Below, one piece after another: positions 1-9,228 of a DNA stretch of 64,000 nucleotides. Source of the stretch: a virus; the IMG/VR virus record IMGVR_UViG_3300009159_000032; one strand, given 5' to 3'. Both the position numbers and the translations under genes were made by a program. Each line of letters begins with the position of its first letter. Within the stretch, counting starts at the first letter, position 1. The notes under the pieces are model-generated. The model was given only the letters and a program-made list of their open reading frames with translations. It did not search any database and was not told the DNA's origin.

Positions 1-241
1 AAGTTTTAGGATCGGCACAGCAATTCCCTTAACTAGGAACTGTTAGACACCGTGGTAGTTCGTTGGAGCGAAGCAGGTAAAACTGCCTAGCATTGAAGGC
101 GACTATTGAAGCAGGACTAACGAGCTCAGAGTGATGGCCTGAGTAAAATAAAAGCAGTCAACAACGATCCTGTTAAAGTTAATAGGTTATTAACAGCAAC
201 AAAAACAATTTTCGCTTATATTGAAAAAAAACATAACCTGA
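1..241 (+). ncRNA. Candidate structured RNA array: two related units (1-175, 176-241), possibly truncated by the window edge
   Basis: Both units start AAGTT, have AGG-N6-ACAGCAA (8-23; 184-199), and close with a complementary arm plus CCTG. AGGATCG 8-14 pairs with CGATCCT 165-171; AGGTTAT 184-190 pairs with ATAACCT 233-239. Unit 1 has extra internal hairpins. Confidence 0.55.
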
Positions 242-253
242 AAGGAAACACAA

Positions 254-1660
254 ATGAACGCATTTGTAAACGCAGTAGCAAACCAAGAAGCCCGTACCGC
301 AAACGGTATGAAGGCACGTAAGTCAACAGCCAAGGCTGTTGTCGATCTATTCTATAATATTGGCGCAAGCCGTGGTAAGAATATCGTACCGGCATTCACT
401 GCCGCATACGTAGAAAACGCTGATGTAGCACTACGCATCGCACAATGGGCACGTGATGTCCGTGGTGGTGCAGGTGAACGTCAACTATTCCGCGACATTC
501 TAGTTCATCTAGAAAAGCGTGACCCAAAGGCAGCTTTGAGCCTATTGGCCAAAGTTCCAGAAGTCGGCCGTTGGGACGACATCTTTGTCTTTGAAACAAA
601 GCAGTTGCGAGCAGCCGCTTACACAATGTTGGGCAATGCCCTTCGTGAAAGCAATGGATTGGCAGCAAAGTGGACTCCTCGCAAGGGACCAATTGCCGCA
701 GAAATCCGAGCATTCTTCGGAATGACTCCAAAGCAATACCGTAAGAGCCTTGTGGCACTTACCAAGGTTGTTGAAACACAAATGTGTGCCAACGACTGGG
801 ATAACATTAACTTCTCACACGTTCCTTCTGTAGCGGCTCGCCAATACAAGAAGGCATTCAACCGTCACACACCTGCATTTGCAGAATACGTGGCCAAGTT
901 GGTTGCCAAGGACCCAAGTGTCAAGGTAAATGCTTCGGCAATTTACCCACACGATGTGTTGAAGGGTATTGCACACGGCTACGTTAAGATGGACAAGACA
1001 GAAACAGACCATGTGATCGCACAATGGGATGCTCTGCCTAACTATGTAGGTGACGCAAGTATCCTACCTCTAGTTGACGTAAGTGGTTCGATGGCAACAT
1101 CGGTTCCAGGTTCGACTGTTCGTTGTTTGGACGTTGCGGTTGGTCTAGGTTTGTACCTAGCAGACAAGAACAAGGGCGTGTTCAAGGACACATTCTTGAC
1201 TTTCTCTAGCAAGCCACAACTAGTTACTCTAAAGGGTAACATTGTTGAAAAGGTGGAACAAATGTCTAAGAGCAACTGGGACATGAGTACTGACCTACAT
1301 GCGGCTATGAGTAAAATCCTAGACGTTGCAGTCAAGGGCAATGTACCAGCAAGCGACATGCCAAAGATGTTGTTGATCTTGTCAGACATGCAGTTTAACG
1401 CTTGTGCTCGTTTCGACGACACAGCAATGCAAATGATCGAACGCAAGTTCGCAGATGCAGGTTACACTGTGCCACAGATTGTTTTCTGGAACCTAAACAG
1501 TTCAGACAACGTGCCTGTAAAGGCAGACAAGAGTGGTGCCGCATTGGTAAGTGGATTTAGTCCATCAATCATGACTAGCTTGCTAGCCGCTGATTTGGAT
1601 CAGTTCACTCCAGAAGGTATCATGCTCAAGACTGTAATGGTCCCACGCTACGATATCTAA
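254..1660 (+). CDS. TROVE-like/vWA domain protein (DUF2828-type)
   Basis: Helical N-terminal region with RDVRGGAGER and GRWDD; C-terminal vWA MIDAS DVSGS and ILSDMQF; RBS AAAGGA. Confidence 0.75.
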   Translation: MNAFVNAVANQEARTANGMKARKSTAKAVVDLFYNIGASRGKNIVPAFTAAYVENADVALRIAQWARDVRGGAGERQLFRDILVHLEKRDPKAALSLLAKVPEVGRWDDIFVFETKQLRAAAYTMLGNALRESNGLAAKWTPRKGPIAAEIRAFFGMTPKQYRKSLVALTKVVETQMCANDWDNINFSHVPSVAARQYKKAFNRHTPAFAEYVAKLVAKDPSVKVNASAIYPHDVLKGIAHGYVKMDKTETDHVIAQWDALPNYVGDASILPLVDVSGSMATSVPGSTVRCLDVAVGLGLYLADKNKGVFKDTFLTFSSKPQLVTLKGNIVEKVEQMSKSNWDMSTDLHAAMSKILDVAVKGNVPASDMPKMLLILSDMQFNACARFDDTAMQMIERKFADAGYTVPQIVFWNLNSSDNVPVKADKSGAALVSGFSPSIMTSLLAADLDQFTPEGIMLKTVMVPRYDI

Positions 1661-1674
1661 AAACTAACGTTTTG

Positions 1675-1701
1675 AATAGCACCTCCGGGTGCTATTTTTT
1701 T
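1675..1701 (+). terminator. Rho-independent terminator
   Basis: AATAGCACC-TCCG-GGTGCTATT followed by a T run. Confidence 0.85.
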
Positions 1702-1713
1702 GACTAAAATATC

Positions 1714-1742
1714 TTGCAATAAATAGGAATCTCAAGTATAAT
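1714..1742 (+). promoter_or_regulatory. sigma70-type promoter for tRNA-Arg
   Basis: TTGCAA-N17-TATAAT. Confidence 0.7.
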
Positions 1743-1750
1743 ATATACAA

Positions 1751-1825
1751 CTGGCGTTAGTATAACGGATAATACAGCGGCCTTCTAAGCCGTCAATAGA
1801 GGTTCGATTCCTCTACGCCGGACCA
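1751..1825 (+). tRNA. tRNA-Arg(TCT)
   Basis: Acceptor CTGGCGT/ACGCCGG, anticodon loop CT-TCT-AA, T arm AGAGG-TTCGATT-CCTCT, encoded CCA. Confidence 0.93.
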
Positions 1826-1847
1826 ACAAAATTAAAAAGGAAAAATA

Positions 1848-2018
1848 ATGGCATATATGAAACCGGGTCCTAACTACAAAATGAGCAAAAACGTTAAGAG
1901 AGAATTGGCAACTATTGTCGATCCTCAAGAAAGAGGTATTCAAAAACGAATTATGATTCAGGCAGAATTATTTGGAAATGTACGCCATAAAGAAAAGCGT
2001 CCAAAAGATAACGATTAA
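1848..2018 (+). CDS. Small hypothetical phage protein (56 aa, not in ORF track)
   Basis: RBS AAAGGA; translates MAYMKPGPNYKMSK...RPKDND*. Confidence 0.7.
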   Translation: MAYMKPGPNYKMSKNVKRELATIVDPQERGIQKRIMIQAELFGNVRHKEKRPKDND

Positions 2019-3214
2019 AAATTAAAGAAGTATAGGTGTTTTACTTCTTCGAGGTCTGTGAAAGCAGACCTTTCGCTTTGTTGTTTTATTTTTTCTAATG
2101 CACCAGGCCTAAACACTACATTATCGTAGGCAAAGTACATGTAGATATCGTTATTAAACTCAACAGTATGCGGGGTATAACTTCCGTTGAACACTAATAT
2201 ACTTGATCGATGTTCTGATTGTATTTCTATTGGTATTCGATTGTCTATATATTCTGCTACAAGATTAGACGAACCATAATAATTTTCTAAGTTTGGATCG
2301 GTATCTGCTATCGGTTTCCAAAATTTATAGGTAACTGGTTTATCATTAAATGTAAGCCTAACTGCTATTGTAAATGTTAATCTTTTATCATTAGATAATT
2401 GATGTGTATGTGTAAGTATCTGAGATCCCAATGAACTATGACCAAAGATAACAGCAGAATGAGTACATTCTGCTATATATTGTTCCGCTAAAAACTCAAC
2501 ATCTTCTGTAAGTTTTCCTAACCTTTTATAAACAGACGAGGCATCATACATTGCTACTTGGATAGCATGTTCAAAAGAATAAGACAGATGTTTACAAGGA
2601 AAATTTTTAACCTTATTATTTTTATCACTGGTATTTCGTAAAATACCACTCGTCCGTTCTTTCATAAGCCTAGATCCAGAAAGAGTTTCTGGATATTTTT
2701 TAGGATCGTCAAAATCTCCGCTACCTTGATAAATTCCTCTAAATATTCCTAATGGAATAATATTCTTTATAATATAATCTTTGTAATAATCAATTAGTGT
2801 CCAATCAATTATTTTGTTCTTTTTAGGATAGTCAGTATAGGGAAACTCACTAACATAATTGTCATCAGAAGTTAGCCGCTGATATTTGATATTATTTTTT
2901 ATTTTATTTTGATCAAAACAATCAATTAAATTTTTATATTGTTCAACATGAGAATCTGCCCAATCGAGGTAACACTGCTTATTCCACCAGATAACTCTAA
3001 TTTCTTGACATAGTTTATCTTGAGATTCGTGGTATTCAATATTAACAATTCCTGGTTCCATTAACAAAAGAGAATACAGGTAAATGATATCTTTTATATT
3101 GTACGCAGTATCAGGAGTTTGAGTTCTAGTTACATTATGTACAATGTAAAAATTTTGATTTATCTTTTTTTCATCTGTCCAAAAATTAGAAAAATTGTCA
3201 GTAATTAATATCAT
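2015..3214 (-). CDS. Putative fusion of an N-terminal ABM-like barrel and a C-terminal 2OG-Fe(II)/cupin-like oxygenase
   Basis: ILTHTH...LTFTIAVRL and SILVFNGSYTPHTV resemble a jelly-roll metal site; N-terminal EIRVIWWNKQCYLDW resembles the neighbouring ABM-like ORFs. Confidence 0.45.
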   Translation of the reverse strand: MILITDNFSNFWTDEKKINQNFYIVHNVTRTQTPDTAYNIKDIIYLYSLLLMEPGIVNIEYHESQDKLCQEIRVIWWNKQCYLDWADSHVEQYKNLIDCFDQNKIKNNIKYQRLTSDDNYVSEFPYTDYPKKNKIIDWTLIDYYKDYIIKNIIPLGIFRGIYQGSGDFDDPKKYPETLSGSRLMKERTSGILRNTSDKNNKVKNFPCKHLSYSFEHAIQVAMYDASSVYKRLGKLTEDVEFLAEQYIAECTHSAVIFGHSSLGSQILTHTHQLSNDKRLTFTIAVRLTFNDKPVTYKFWKPIADTDPNLENYYGSSNLVAEYIDNRIPIEIQSEHRSSILVFNGSYTPHTVEFNNDIYMYFAYDNVVFRPGALEKIKQQSERSAFTDLEEVKHLYFFNF

Positions 3215-3576
3215 CTATGTACTTGAATTAGTCCAGGAGGTTCAACATATTGATCAAATGGCAATGCACCCGGCATACGAGAATTTTCAATTTCAGAATA
3301 AGTCTTTACAGTTACTTCGTTTACTTCCAAGTATTCTAAAAGAGATGCCAGTAACTCGTCTCTTTTTTCTCCAAATTCTGCATACCAATTTTCATATTCT
3401 GCATTATCTGCAAAAAACCAATGACCTTCAAAACGAGTGTAGTCTTGCGTAGCATAAAATAAAGTGTCGATATTAGATAAACAATCAACGTCTAACGCAT
3501 GTACATCAACTGAACTATATAAAATTCCAATAACTTCAAAACCTGGTTTTTCAAAAGTCATAATTATTTTTTTCAT
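3211..3576 (-). CDS. Small acidic protein, possible dimeric alpha+beta (ABM-like) barrel
   Basis: 121 aa; FEGHWFFADNAEYENW pattern; preceded by a perfect TATAAATA on the minus strand. Confidence 0.4.
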   Translation of the reverse strand: MKKIIMTFEKPGFEVIGILYSSVDVHALDVDCLSNIDTLFYATQDYTRFEGHWFFADNAEYENWYAEFGEKRDELLASLLEYLEVNEVTVKTYSEIENSRMPGALPFDQYVEPPGLIQVHR

Positions 3577-3593
3577 AGTGTAATCCTTTTTAA

Positions 3594-3622
3594 TATTTAT
3601 AGGGTAAAAGATTATGTAAATA
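3594..3622. promoter_or_regulatory. Divergent T4-like late promoters
   Basis: TATAAATA on the minus strand (3594-3601) and TAAATA on the plus strand (3617-3622), between divergent genes. Confidence 0.6.
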
Positions 3623-3627
3623 AGATC

Positions 3628-4230
3628 ATGATAGAAAATAGACCACTAAACATTAACGATTGTGAGCAACTGATAAAGTTAATAAAATCTCGTCCAGAAA
3701 CATTTAATGGATACACGGACGATCAATTAAAACATCGTGTTGAATATGACATAGAAAAACTTATTCCTCTATATTTAATTGATCCTTTGTATTACATACC
3801 GGGCATTTTTGTTGACGGTAAATTATTTGGAGCTCTAATTTGTAAAGAATTTTCCAATGCTCCTTGTTGGTCTTGGGGATATTGGATTAGTGACGGGCAT
3901 CATGATAAGATGTACACTGTAGAAGGAGCCAAGGCCTTTAGAGCTTGGGATCAGATCTTATTTGACGAAATGGAAATTAACCGAAAACTTAATCGATTCT
4001 TTATTGTTTACGAAAATCGAAACGATAATACATTAAAATCTACAGGGTTTGGTGAAAGACTGTTTACATGGATGGGACGCCAGGGATACAGGGTTTCAAA
4101 ATATCAGTTCATAACAGATTGCGAAATTGAACCTAACACCGAACCAAAGTACGAATATCAAAAACAACTACTGACAAACAGAACATGGCCTATTCCTTTG
4201 TCAGTTAGAATGGGAATCTTAGTCAAATGA
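3628..4230 (+). CDS. Putative GNAT-fold acyltransferase
   Basis: N-terminal RPLNINDCEQL and central GIFVDGKLFGAL beta-hairpin are typical of GNAT topology. Confidence 0.45.
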   Translation: MIENRPLNINDCEQLIKLIKSRPETFNGYTDDQLKHRVEYDIEKLIPLYLIDPLYYIPGIFVDGKLFGALICKEFSNAPCWSWGYWISDGHHDKMYTVEGAKAFRAWDQILFDEMEINRKLNRFFIVYENRNDNTLKSTGFGERLFTWMGRQGYRVSKYQFITDCEIEPNTEPKYEYQKQLLTNRTWPIPLSVRMGILVK

Positions 4231-4557
4231 GAATGGTTCAGTCTCTTCACCTGTGTCACCGTCAGTAATAAAAAATCTAATACCATGTCGATGACACTCT
4301 AATTCAAAACGTGTCCAAAACATTTTTCTATAAGGGTGTTGTTGCGACTTTTCAAAAGCTTCTTTACTTTCCCACTCTGAAGTAACTTCCCAACGTTCGT
4401 CATCAAAATGGTCGTCTACTACGTTAATAAGTCCGGAAGTAGGAATATTATATCGTCTCATCATTTGACTGAATGAAAGATTCTGTGTAGTTACTACTTT
4501 AAATCTTTTCATTTTTGGTCCTTCTGTGCAGACTAATCGATATTTTCTGATATACAT
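4219..4557 (-). CDS. ABM-like (antibiotic biosynthesis monooxygenase-fold) protein
   Basis: VTSEWESKEAFEKSQQHP matches the ABM motif; start moved to the ATG at 4557, which has an AAAGGA RBS. Confidence 0.55.
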   Translation of the reverse strand: MYIRKYRLVCTEGPKMKRFKVVTTQNLSFSQMMRRYNIPTSGLINVVDDHFDDERWEVTSEWESKEAFEKSQQHPYRKMFWTRFELECHRHGIRFFITDGDTGEETEPFSFD

Positions 4558-4632
4558 TGTATGTTGTCCTTTTTTAGTAATTATCGTTTTTGTTAATAGT
4601 AAATAAAATATCTGAAACAAAGGAAATTCAAA

Positions 4633-4977
4633 ATGTACGCAAGAGTATCAACAACTATAGTAACTGATCCAACTATCGATAGACCCGGTATGAAACTTAG
4701 ATCCTGGGCAGATTCTTTATATTATAATCCCATGTACTCTACTATTAGATCTCAAATGGCTGACCGTCCAGGATTTATGTACAATTCACATTCATTAGTT
4801 GAATACAAAGATACAGCAAAACTGGTCAGTCAAGTAGTATTTGATACAAAAGAAAATTTTGATGTTTATGTTTCCGACCCGCAGACTATTAACTTATGGG
4901 AACTAATTGAATCATTAAGTAAAGAAAGCGGTGTACTTATACAGTTTATTGATACCGATAAATTTTTAAATTTCTAA
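4633..4977 (+). CDS. ABM-like small protein
   Basis: VSQVVFDTKENFDVYVSDP resembles the ABM motif; AAGGA RBS; TAAATA at 4600-4605. Confidence 0.45.
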   Translation: MYARVSTTIVTDPTIDRPGMKLRSWADSLYYNPMYSTIRSQMADRPGFMYNSHSLVEYKDTAKLVSQVVFDTKENFDVYVSDPQTINLWELIESLSKESGVLIQFIDTDKFLNF

Positions 4978-5766
4978 TTTATAATTTAATTGATCTTTGT
5001 ATTTTGCAATACTTCGATCGATTAGATTTTCTAATTTAGAAATACTAAACGTTCCATTAACAACTAGCAGTTGTTTTCGTAAACCATAATAATCACTGCC
5101 GTGCATCTGAGACCCATTTGACCAACAGAAACAATTTGTATCTGTAGGCAAGTCTATGTAATTTTGATCATAGTGCTCTATATCAGCAACAAATAATGTT
5201 GGTTGAGGGTTCTCGTCATGTATCATCATTCTAAATTCTGTAGGAGCGTCCCAAAATTTAGTTTGATCAGTATGCAGACCAACAGGTACTACACTTTCCC
5301 AGATGTACATATGATCAATAAAGTGAAAAGGAAAATACTGTTTAACATGTTCAACCATCGGTTCGAAAACAGGATGCGGATAATATTTGTGTGTCCATAT
5401 TCCTAAATTTTCTGCTTCAAACTTTTCCGGGTTGGATGTGTGTGGATATAACCCTTTAAATGTAGGCCTATACCAATGGCTTTCCTTCCCTAACGGATGA
5501 GCTTCTTTATCCCAAGGTTCGGCTGAATCTGGTTTTGTTCGTATAATATCAATAGCTTCTCGATCAAAGATTTCTAAGAATTTATTATAGTCTTCAAATT
5601 CAAATTTTGGAATATCTAACGGTAACCATCTAATTGGTCGATATTTTTTGCTTAGTCTTTTTAGTTCGGTTACATACCATTCAGGTAGATGACTAGGATA
5701 AGTTTCACCTCTAAAAGAATTATTGGCTACTTTTATTCTCATTTTTAGTTCTTCAATAGGTAACAT
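4966..5766 (-). CDS. 2OG-Fe(II) oxygenase, Asp/Asn beta-hydroxylase-like
   Basis: HxD (LHTD) and distal H (MHGSDY) facial triad; paralogue of 5774-6598. Confidence 0.65.
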   Translation of the reverse strand: MLPIEELKMRIKVANNSFRGETYPSHLPEWYVTELKRLSKKYRPIRWLPLDIPKFEFEDYNKFLEIFDREAIDIIRTKPDSAEPWDKEAHPLGKESHWYRPTFKGLYPHTSNPEKFEAENLGIWTHKYYPHPVFEPMVEHVKQYFPFHFIDHMYIWESVVPVGLHTDQTKFWDAPTEFRMMIHDENPQPTLFVADIEHYDQNYIDLPTDTNCFCWSNGSQMHGSDYYGLRKQLLVVNGTFSISKLENLIDRSIAKYKDQLNYKLEI

Positions 5767-5773
5767 AATGTCC

Positions 5774-6598
5774 TTACATTTCTAATTTATAATTCAATTT
5801 ATCTCTATACTTTTCAATACTTCTATCCATAAGTATTTCATATTTTTTAGTATTTACAACAGCATTAATGCAGATCAACTGTTTACGTTTTCCATAAAAA
5901 TCACTTCCGTGTATCTGAGATCCGTTTGACCAAGCAAATGTGTTGGTATCAGGTGGCGGATCAATGTAATGAATATCTCCATGATCAACATCGCAAACAT
6001 ATAATGTGGGCTGTGTATTTTCATCATTTAACATTATACGGAACATAGTTGGCATGTCCCAAAAATAATCAGCATCTCTATGCGGATAAACTTCTCGAAT
6101 GCTTTCCCAAATATATAAATGACTAACCATTTCGAACGGAAGTGTATCTTGTATCTGTTCTATGATTGGTACAAACAAAGGATGCTCATACAACTTTGCA
6201 GACCATTCCATACATTTTGTTTCTAAAAAATTTTCTCTGCTATATGTGTAAAAGTCTAATCCTTTAAATTGAGGATTATACCAATTACTAGCCTTACCTA
6301 ACGGATGAGCTTCTTTAGGCCATGGTTCGGCAGCATCTACACCAGTTCGTAAAACATCTATTTTTTCTCTGTCCCAGATATCCATAAATTCTTCCATATC
6401 AATTTCAAATTTTGGAACATCTAAAGGAATCCATCGAATAGGACGGTATTTTTTATTCATTCTATGAATTTCTGTAAGATACTCGTTGGAAAAATTATAC
6501 TGAGGGTCGAAATGGTGCCAAGCTGTTCTTTGTTGATTAGCCCAACTATTTCGACCAACGGTTTTTCTAACAAGATCAACAACACTTTTATTAGGCAT
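5774..6598 (-). CDS. 2OG-Fe(II) oxygenase, Asp/Asn beta-hydroxylase-like
   Basis: PHRD and IHGSDF; shares KKYRPIRW and AEPWxKEAHPLGK with the adjacent paralogue. Confidence 0.65.
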   Translation of the reverse strand: MPNKSVVDLVRKTVGRNSWANQQRTAWHHFDPQYNFSNEYLTEIHRMNKKYRPIRWIPLDVPKFEIDMEEFMDIWDREKIDVLRTGVDAAEPWPKEAHPLGKASNWYNPQFKGLDFYTYSRENFLETKCMEWSAKLYEHPLFVPIIEQIQDTLPFEMVSHLYIWESIREVYPHRDADYFWDMPTMFRIMLNDENTQPTLYVCDVDHGDIHYIDPPPDTNTFAWSNGSQIHGSDFYGKRKQLICINAVVNTKKYEILMDRSIEKYRDKLNYKLEM

Positions 6599-6599
6599 T

Positions 6600-7775
6600 T
6601 TATCCTTCCAATGACTCTATGATAGCAATAGATGTTCGGCCGCCGAATCCAAAACTTGCTTTCATAAAAATCTTTCCTTTTAAATCAGTCTTTTTAGTAA
6701 TTAGTCTAGGATCATCACTAAGCGGATTGTCTAAAGAAAAATTAGGTTGTAGATAACCATGCTTAACTGCTTCTATTCCGTAGGCTGCTTCAATTAAACC
6801 ACAGGCACTCATAGTATGCCCTATGTAACCTTTAAACCCAACGATAGGGATCTCGATACCTTCAAAAGCACGTTGAAACACATCTAATTCAATGTCGTCA
6901 CCTACTGGTGTACTTGTAGCATGAGCATTAAAAAATGCAATATCACTCGGAGTTAAGTTAGCTTGTTTTAATGCTTGATTAATAATCTTTAATTGATTTT
7001 CACAAGTTCGATCATGTGCAGTCATACTTGTTAATTTAGCACCGCTAGCAATTGATCTTAATTTAGCCTTTGGTTTAAGATTATATTTTATCAGTGTTTC
7101 TTCATCGCAGATAAACCAAATTGTGCCACCTTCACCTTGTAAGAAGCCATCTCGATTTTTGTCAAACGGTTTTGATGTGCCACCGTTATGATTAGACAAG
7201 GCACTTGAACATTGCCAGTAATATTGCAGTGTAGGATGCAACGAATGATCAATGGCTCCTACTAGTGCAGAACTGGTCTGCCCAGTTTGTATCAACATCG
7301 ATGCAAAATGCAGATTATACATACTACTAGAGCAGGCAGCATTTACACTGGCATTCATATTTTCTGATTTTGTTTTTCCAGAAATCAATGCCGACAACAG
7401 ATCGTGGTTGTTAGAAAATAACCTACTAGGGCTATACCGATTTTTATGATCTTCCATAGACTTGTAAAAGTCTTCTCTAATAGCAGAGTTAATTGCAAAC
7501 GATCCAACACTAACTACACTGTCTTTGAATATATCGTTATCATAGGCTTCAAGATATTCGTTAGTAATGTTTACTGCTGTCTTATATGACAAATAACCAT
7601 TTTCCATATAGTCGGCCTGAAACCCTTTAGTACTCAAAATATAAGGATGGTCTTCAACATTATATCTAGTTATTGTCTGCGGGCCTTTTGACAAGGGCAT
7701 ATTTTCGTAGTTAGATGCTACATTTTTTCCAAGAGAATCATGCACACGATAGTCGACTATGTAAATGTCTTTCAT
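6600..7775 (-). CDS. fabF: Beta-ketoacyl-ACP synthase (FabF/FabB-type elongating ketosynthase)
   Basis: Cys-His-His triad motifs NAACSSS, NAHATST and KGYIGHT; also PFDKNRDGF..GEG and SFGFGG. Confidence 0.9.
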   Translation of the reverse strand: MKDIYIVDYRVHDSLGKNVASNYENMPLSKGPQTITRYNVEDHPYILSTKGFQADYMENGYLSYKTAVNITNEYLEAYDNDIFKDSVVSVGSFAINSAIREDFYKSMEDHKNRYSPSRLFSNNHDLLSALISGKTKSENMNASVNAACSSSMYNLHFASMLIQTGQTSSALVGAIDHSLHPTLQYYWQCSSALSNHNGGTSKPFDKNRDGFLQGEGGTIWFICDEETLIKYNLKPKAKLRSIASGAKLTSMTAHDRTCENQLKIINQALKQANLTPSDIAFFNAHATSTPVGDDIELDVFQRAFEGIEIPIVGFKGYIGHTMSACGLIEAAYGIEAVKHGYLQPNFSLDNPLSDDPRLITKKTDLKGKIFMKASFGFGGRTSIAIIESLEG

Positions 7776-8149
7776 GGGGCAGGTGTAGTTGATGGTGATG
7801 TTTTTTGTTTTGGTGGTTCTTGGCTATCTGTAATATATCCAATCAAGTCTTTCCATGCCAGTAGCTTTGGAATTTCTTGATCATCAATAACTACGCCAAA
7901 TTCTTCTTCAACTTGAATTACCAGTTCAAGAATATCGATGCTGTCAATTTCAAGATTTTTCTTTTCTAATTCATAAAGTTCAGGTGGAAGATTTTGAATT
8001 TCATTGTTATTAACAATTTTCAAATCTTTAATATTCATCTCTGGAGGAAGCGGGTATTCTAACTCTAATTTGAGATAAACGTTGATCATTTCAATAAATC
8101 TACGCTCAACTGCTTCTTCAGAACGGGGTGTCCAATTTTCGGTACTCAT
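7772..8149 (-). CDS. acpP: Acyl carrier protein 1 (extended)
   Basis: IDSIDILELVIQVEEEFGVVI phosphopantetheine Ser motif; longer than a typical ACP; GGAG RBS. Confidence 0.85.
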   Translation of the reverse strand: MSTENWTPRSEEAVERRFIEMINVYLKLELEYPLPPEMNIKDLKIVNNNEIQNLPPELYELEKKNLEIDSIDILELVIQVEEEFGVVIDDQEIPKLLAWKDLIGYITDSQEPPKQKTSPSTTPAP

Positions 8150-8166
8150 AGTATCTCCTATATAAT

Positions 8167-8198
8167 TATTTAAATAAATGCTGTGTTATTAACAGCAA
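8167..8198 (-). terminator. Terminator after fabZ followed by a TAAATA late promoter for acp-fabF
   Basis: Minus strand reads GCTGT-TAATAAC-ACAGC-ATTTATTT, then TAAATA (8172-8167). Confidence 0.55.
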
Positions 8199-8206
8199 AT
8201 ATGATC

Positions 8207-8671
8207 TTAAACTCCGCCAAGTGCTTTTAGTTTGCCCTCAGTAACAACTAGTCCATCTACTTCAATTCGAGCATCAAACTCAAAAATATTTCTAGCATTT
8301 CTTGTTAGTGTAGAGTGAATTATGAGTTGCTCTCCAGGTAACACCACTTTTTTAAATCTAACTTGATCTGCTCCTACAAACAGTATTCCGGCGCCCTTGG
8401 CCATATACTTAAAAAAGTCTTCTGAAGGCATTACGTCTTCAACATATTTAAATGCCAAAATAGTACTGGCCTGTGCCATTGCTTCGACCATCATAACTCC
8501 GGGCATGATATGGTTACCTGGAAAATGTCCTTGAACATATGGTTCATTGATGGTGAAATTCTTAACTGCTGTTATGGTTTTTTCATCGTAGTCCAATACA
8601 CGGTCGACCATTAGAAAGGGGTAACGATGCGGAAGTATTGATAAAATGTCTTGTGATGATAATGGTTTCAT
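8207..8671 (-). CDS. fabZ: 3-hydroxyacyl-ACP dehydratase
   Basis: LPHRYPFLMVD and GHFPGNHIMPGVMMVEAMAQ (His/Glu dyad). Confidence 0.93.
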   Translation of the reverse strand: MKPLSSQDILSILPHRYPFLMVDRVLDYDEKTITAVKNFTINEPYVQGHFPGNHIMPGVMMVEAMAQASTILAFKYVEDVMPSEDFFKYMAKGAGILFVGADQVRFKKVVLPGEQLIIHSTLTRNARNIFEFDARIEVDGLVVTEGKLKALGGV

Positions 8672-9228
8672 TCTAGTCCTAACATGTGATATGGCGGATT
8701 ATAAAAATACATAGAGAAAGCTAATCTCGGATTCGAAGGCGACAACAATTTATTAAATTTTATTCGATGGGGAATGTCCGGATTGAATATAATTGGTCTA
8801 GTTAGTTCATAACAATCGATCAATGTGGCATCTTTTTTGTTGTATTTCAAATACCAATACGGAACTCCTGCATCTGCACTTTTAATTTTTTCCAAATTCT
8901 TTATATCATAAAATTCTGTTACGGCTGTCCCCACAGTATTGAGTAATGGAAAATTCATTCTTGGGTACGGAGGGCCAGAATCAATATGTATACCAGATGT
9001 AGCAAAATATCCTAATATCCAAAATTCAGCAGGTTCTAGACAGATACTATCAAACCACGTACCCATTTCGGGCACAGCCGTTAATAAATTGCCTAATTCA
9101 TCATCCTTGATAGGACCTCGCCAATTGGCATGGGATGATAGCCAGTTTGTTGTTGCTAGATATTCTAAAGATTTTTTAATTATAATTTCTTGATCTGGAC
9201 AATCTAAATATATAAAGTTTTTTGCCAT
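8668..9228 (-). CDS. 2OG-Fe(II)/cupin-like oxygenase (tandem copy A)
   Basis: IHIDSG and PHRI metal ligands; near-identical N-terminus to 9281-9841. Confidence 0.55.
   Translation of the reverse strand: MAKNFIYLDCPDQEIIIKKSLEYLATTNWLSSHANWRGPIKDDELGNLLTAVPEMGTWFDSICLEPAEFWILGYFATSGIHIDSGPPYPRMNFPLLNTVGTAVTEFYDIKNLEKIKSADAGVPYWYLKYNKKDATLIDCYELTRPIIFNPDIPHRIKFNKLLSPSNPRLAFSMYFYNPPYHMLGLE

Noticed and set aside
1-241. Known riboswitch or self-cleaving ribozyme (preQ1, hammerhead, SAM)
   Set aside because: The diagnostic cores (e.g. CUGAUGA/GAAA) are absent by eye, so it is kept as an unassigned RNA candidate.
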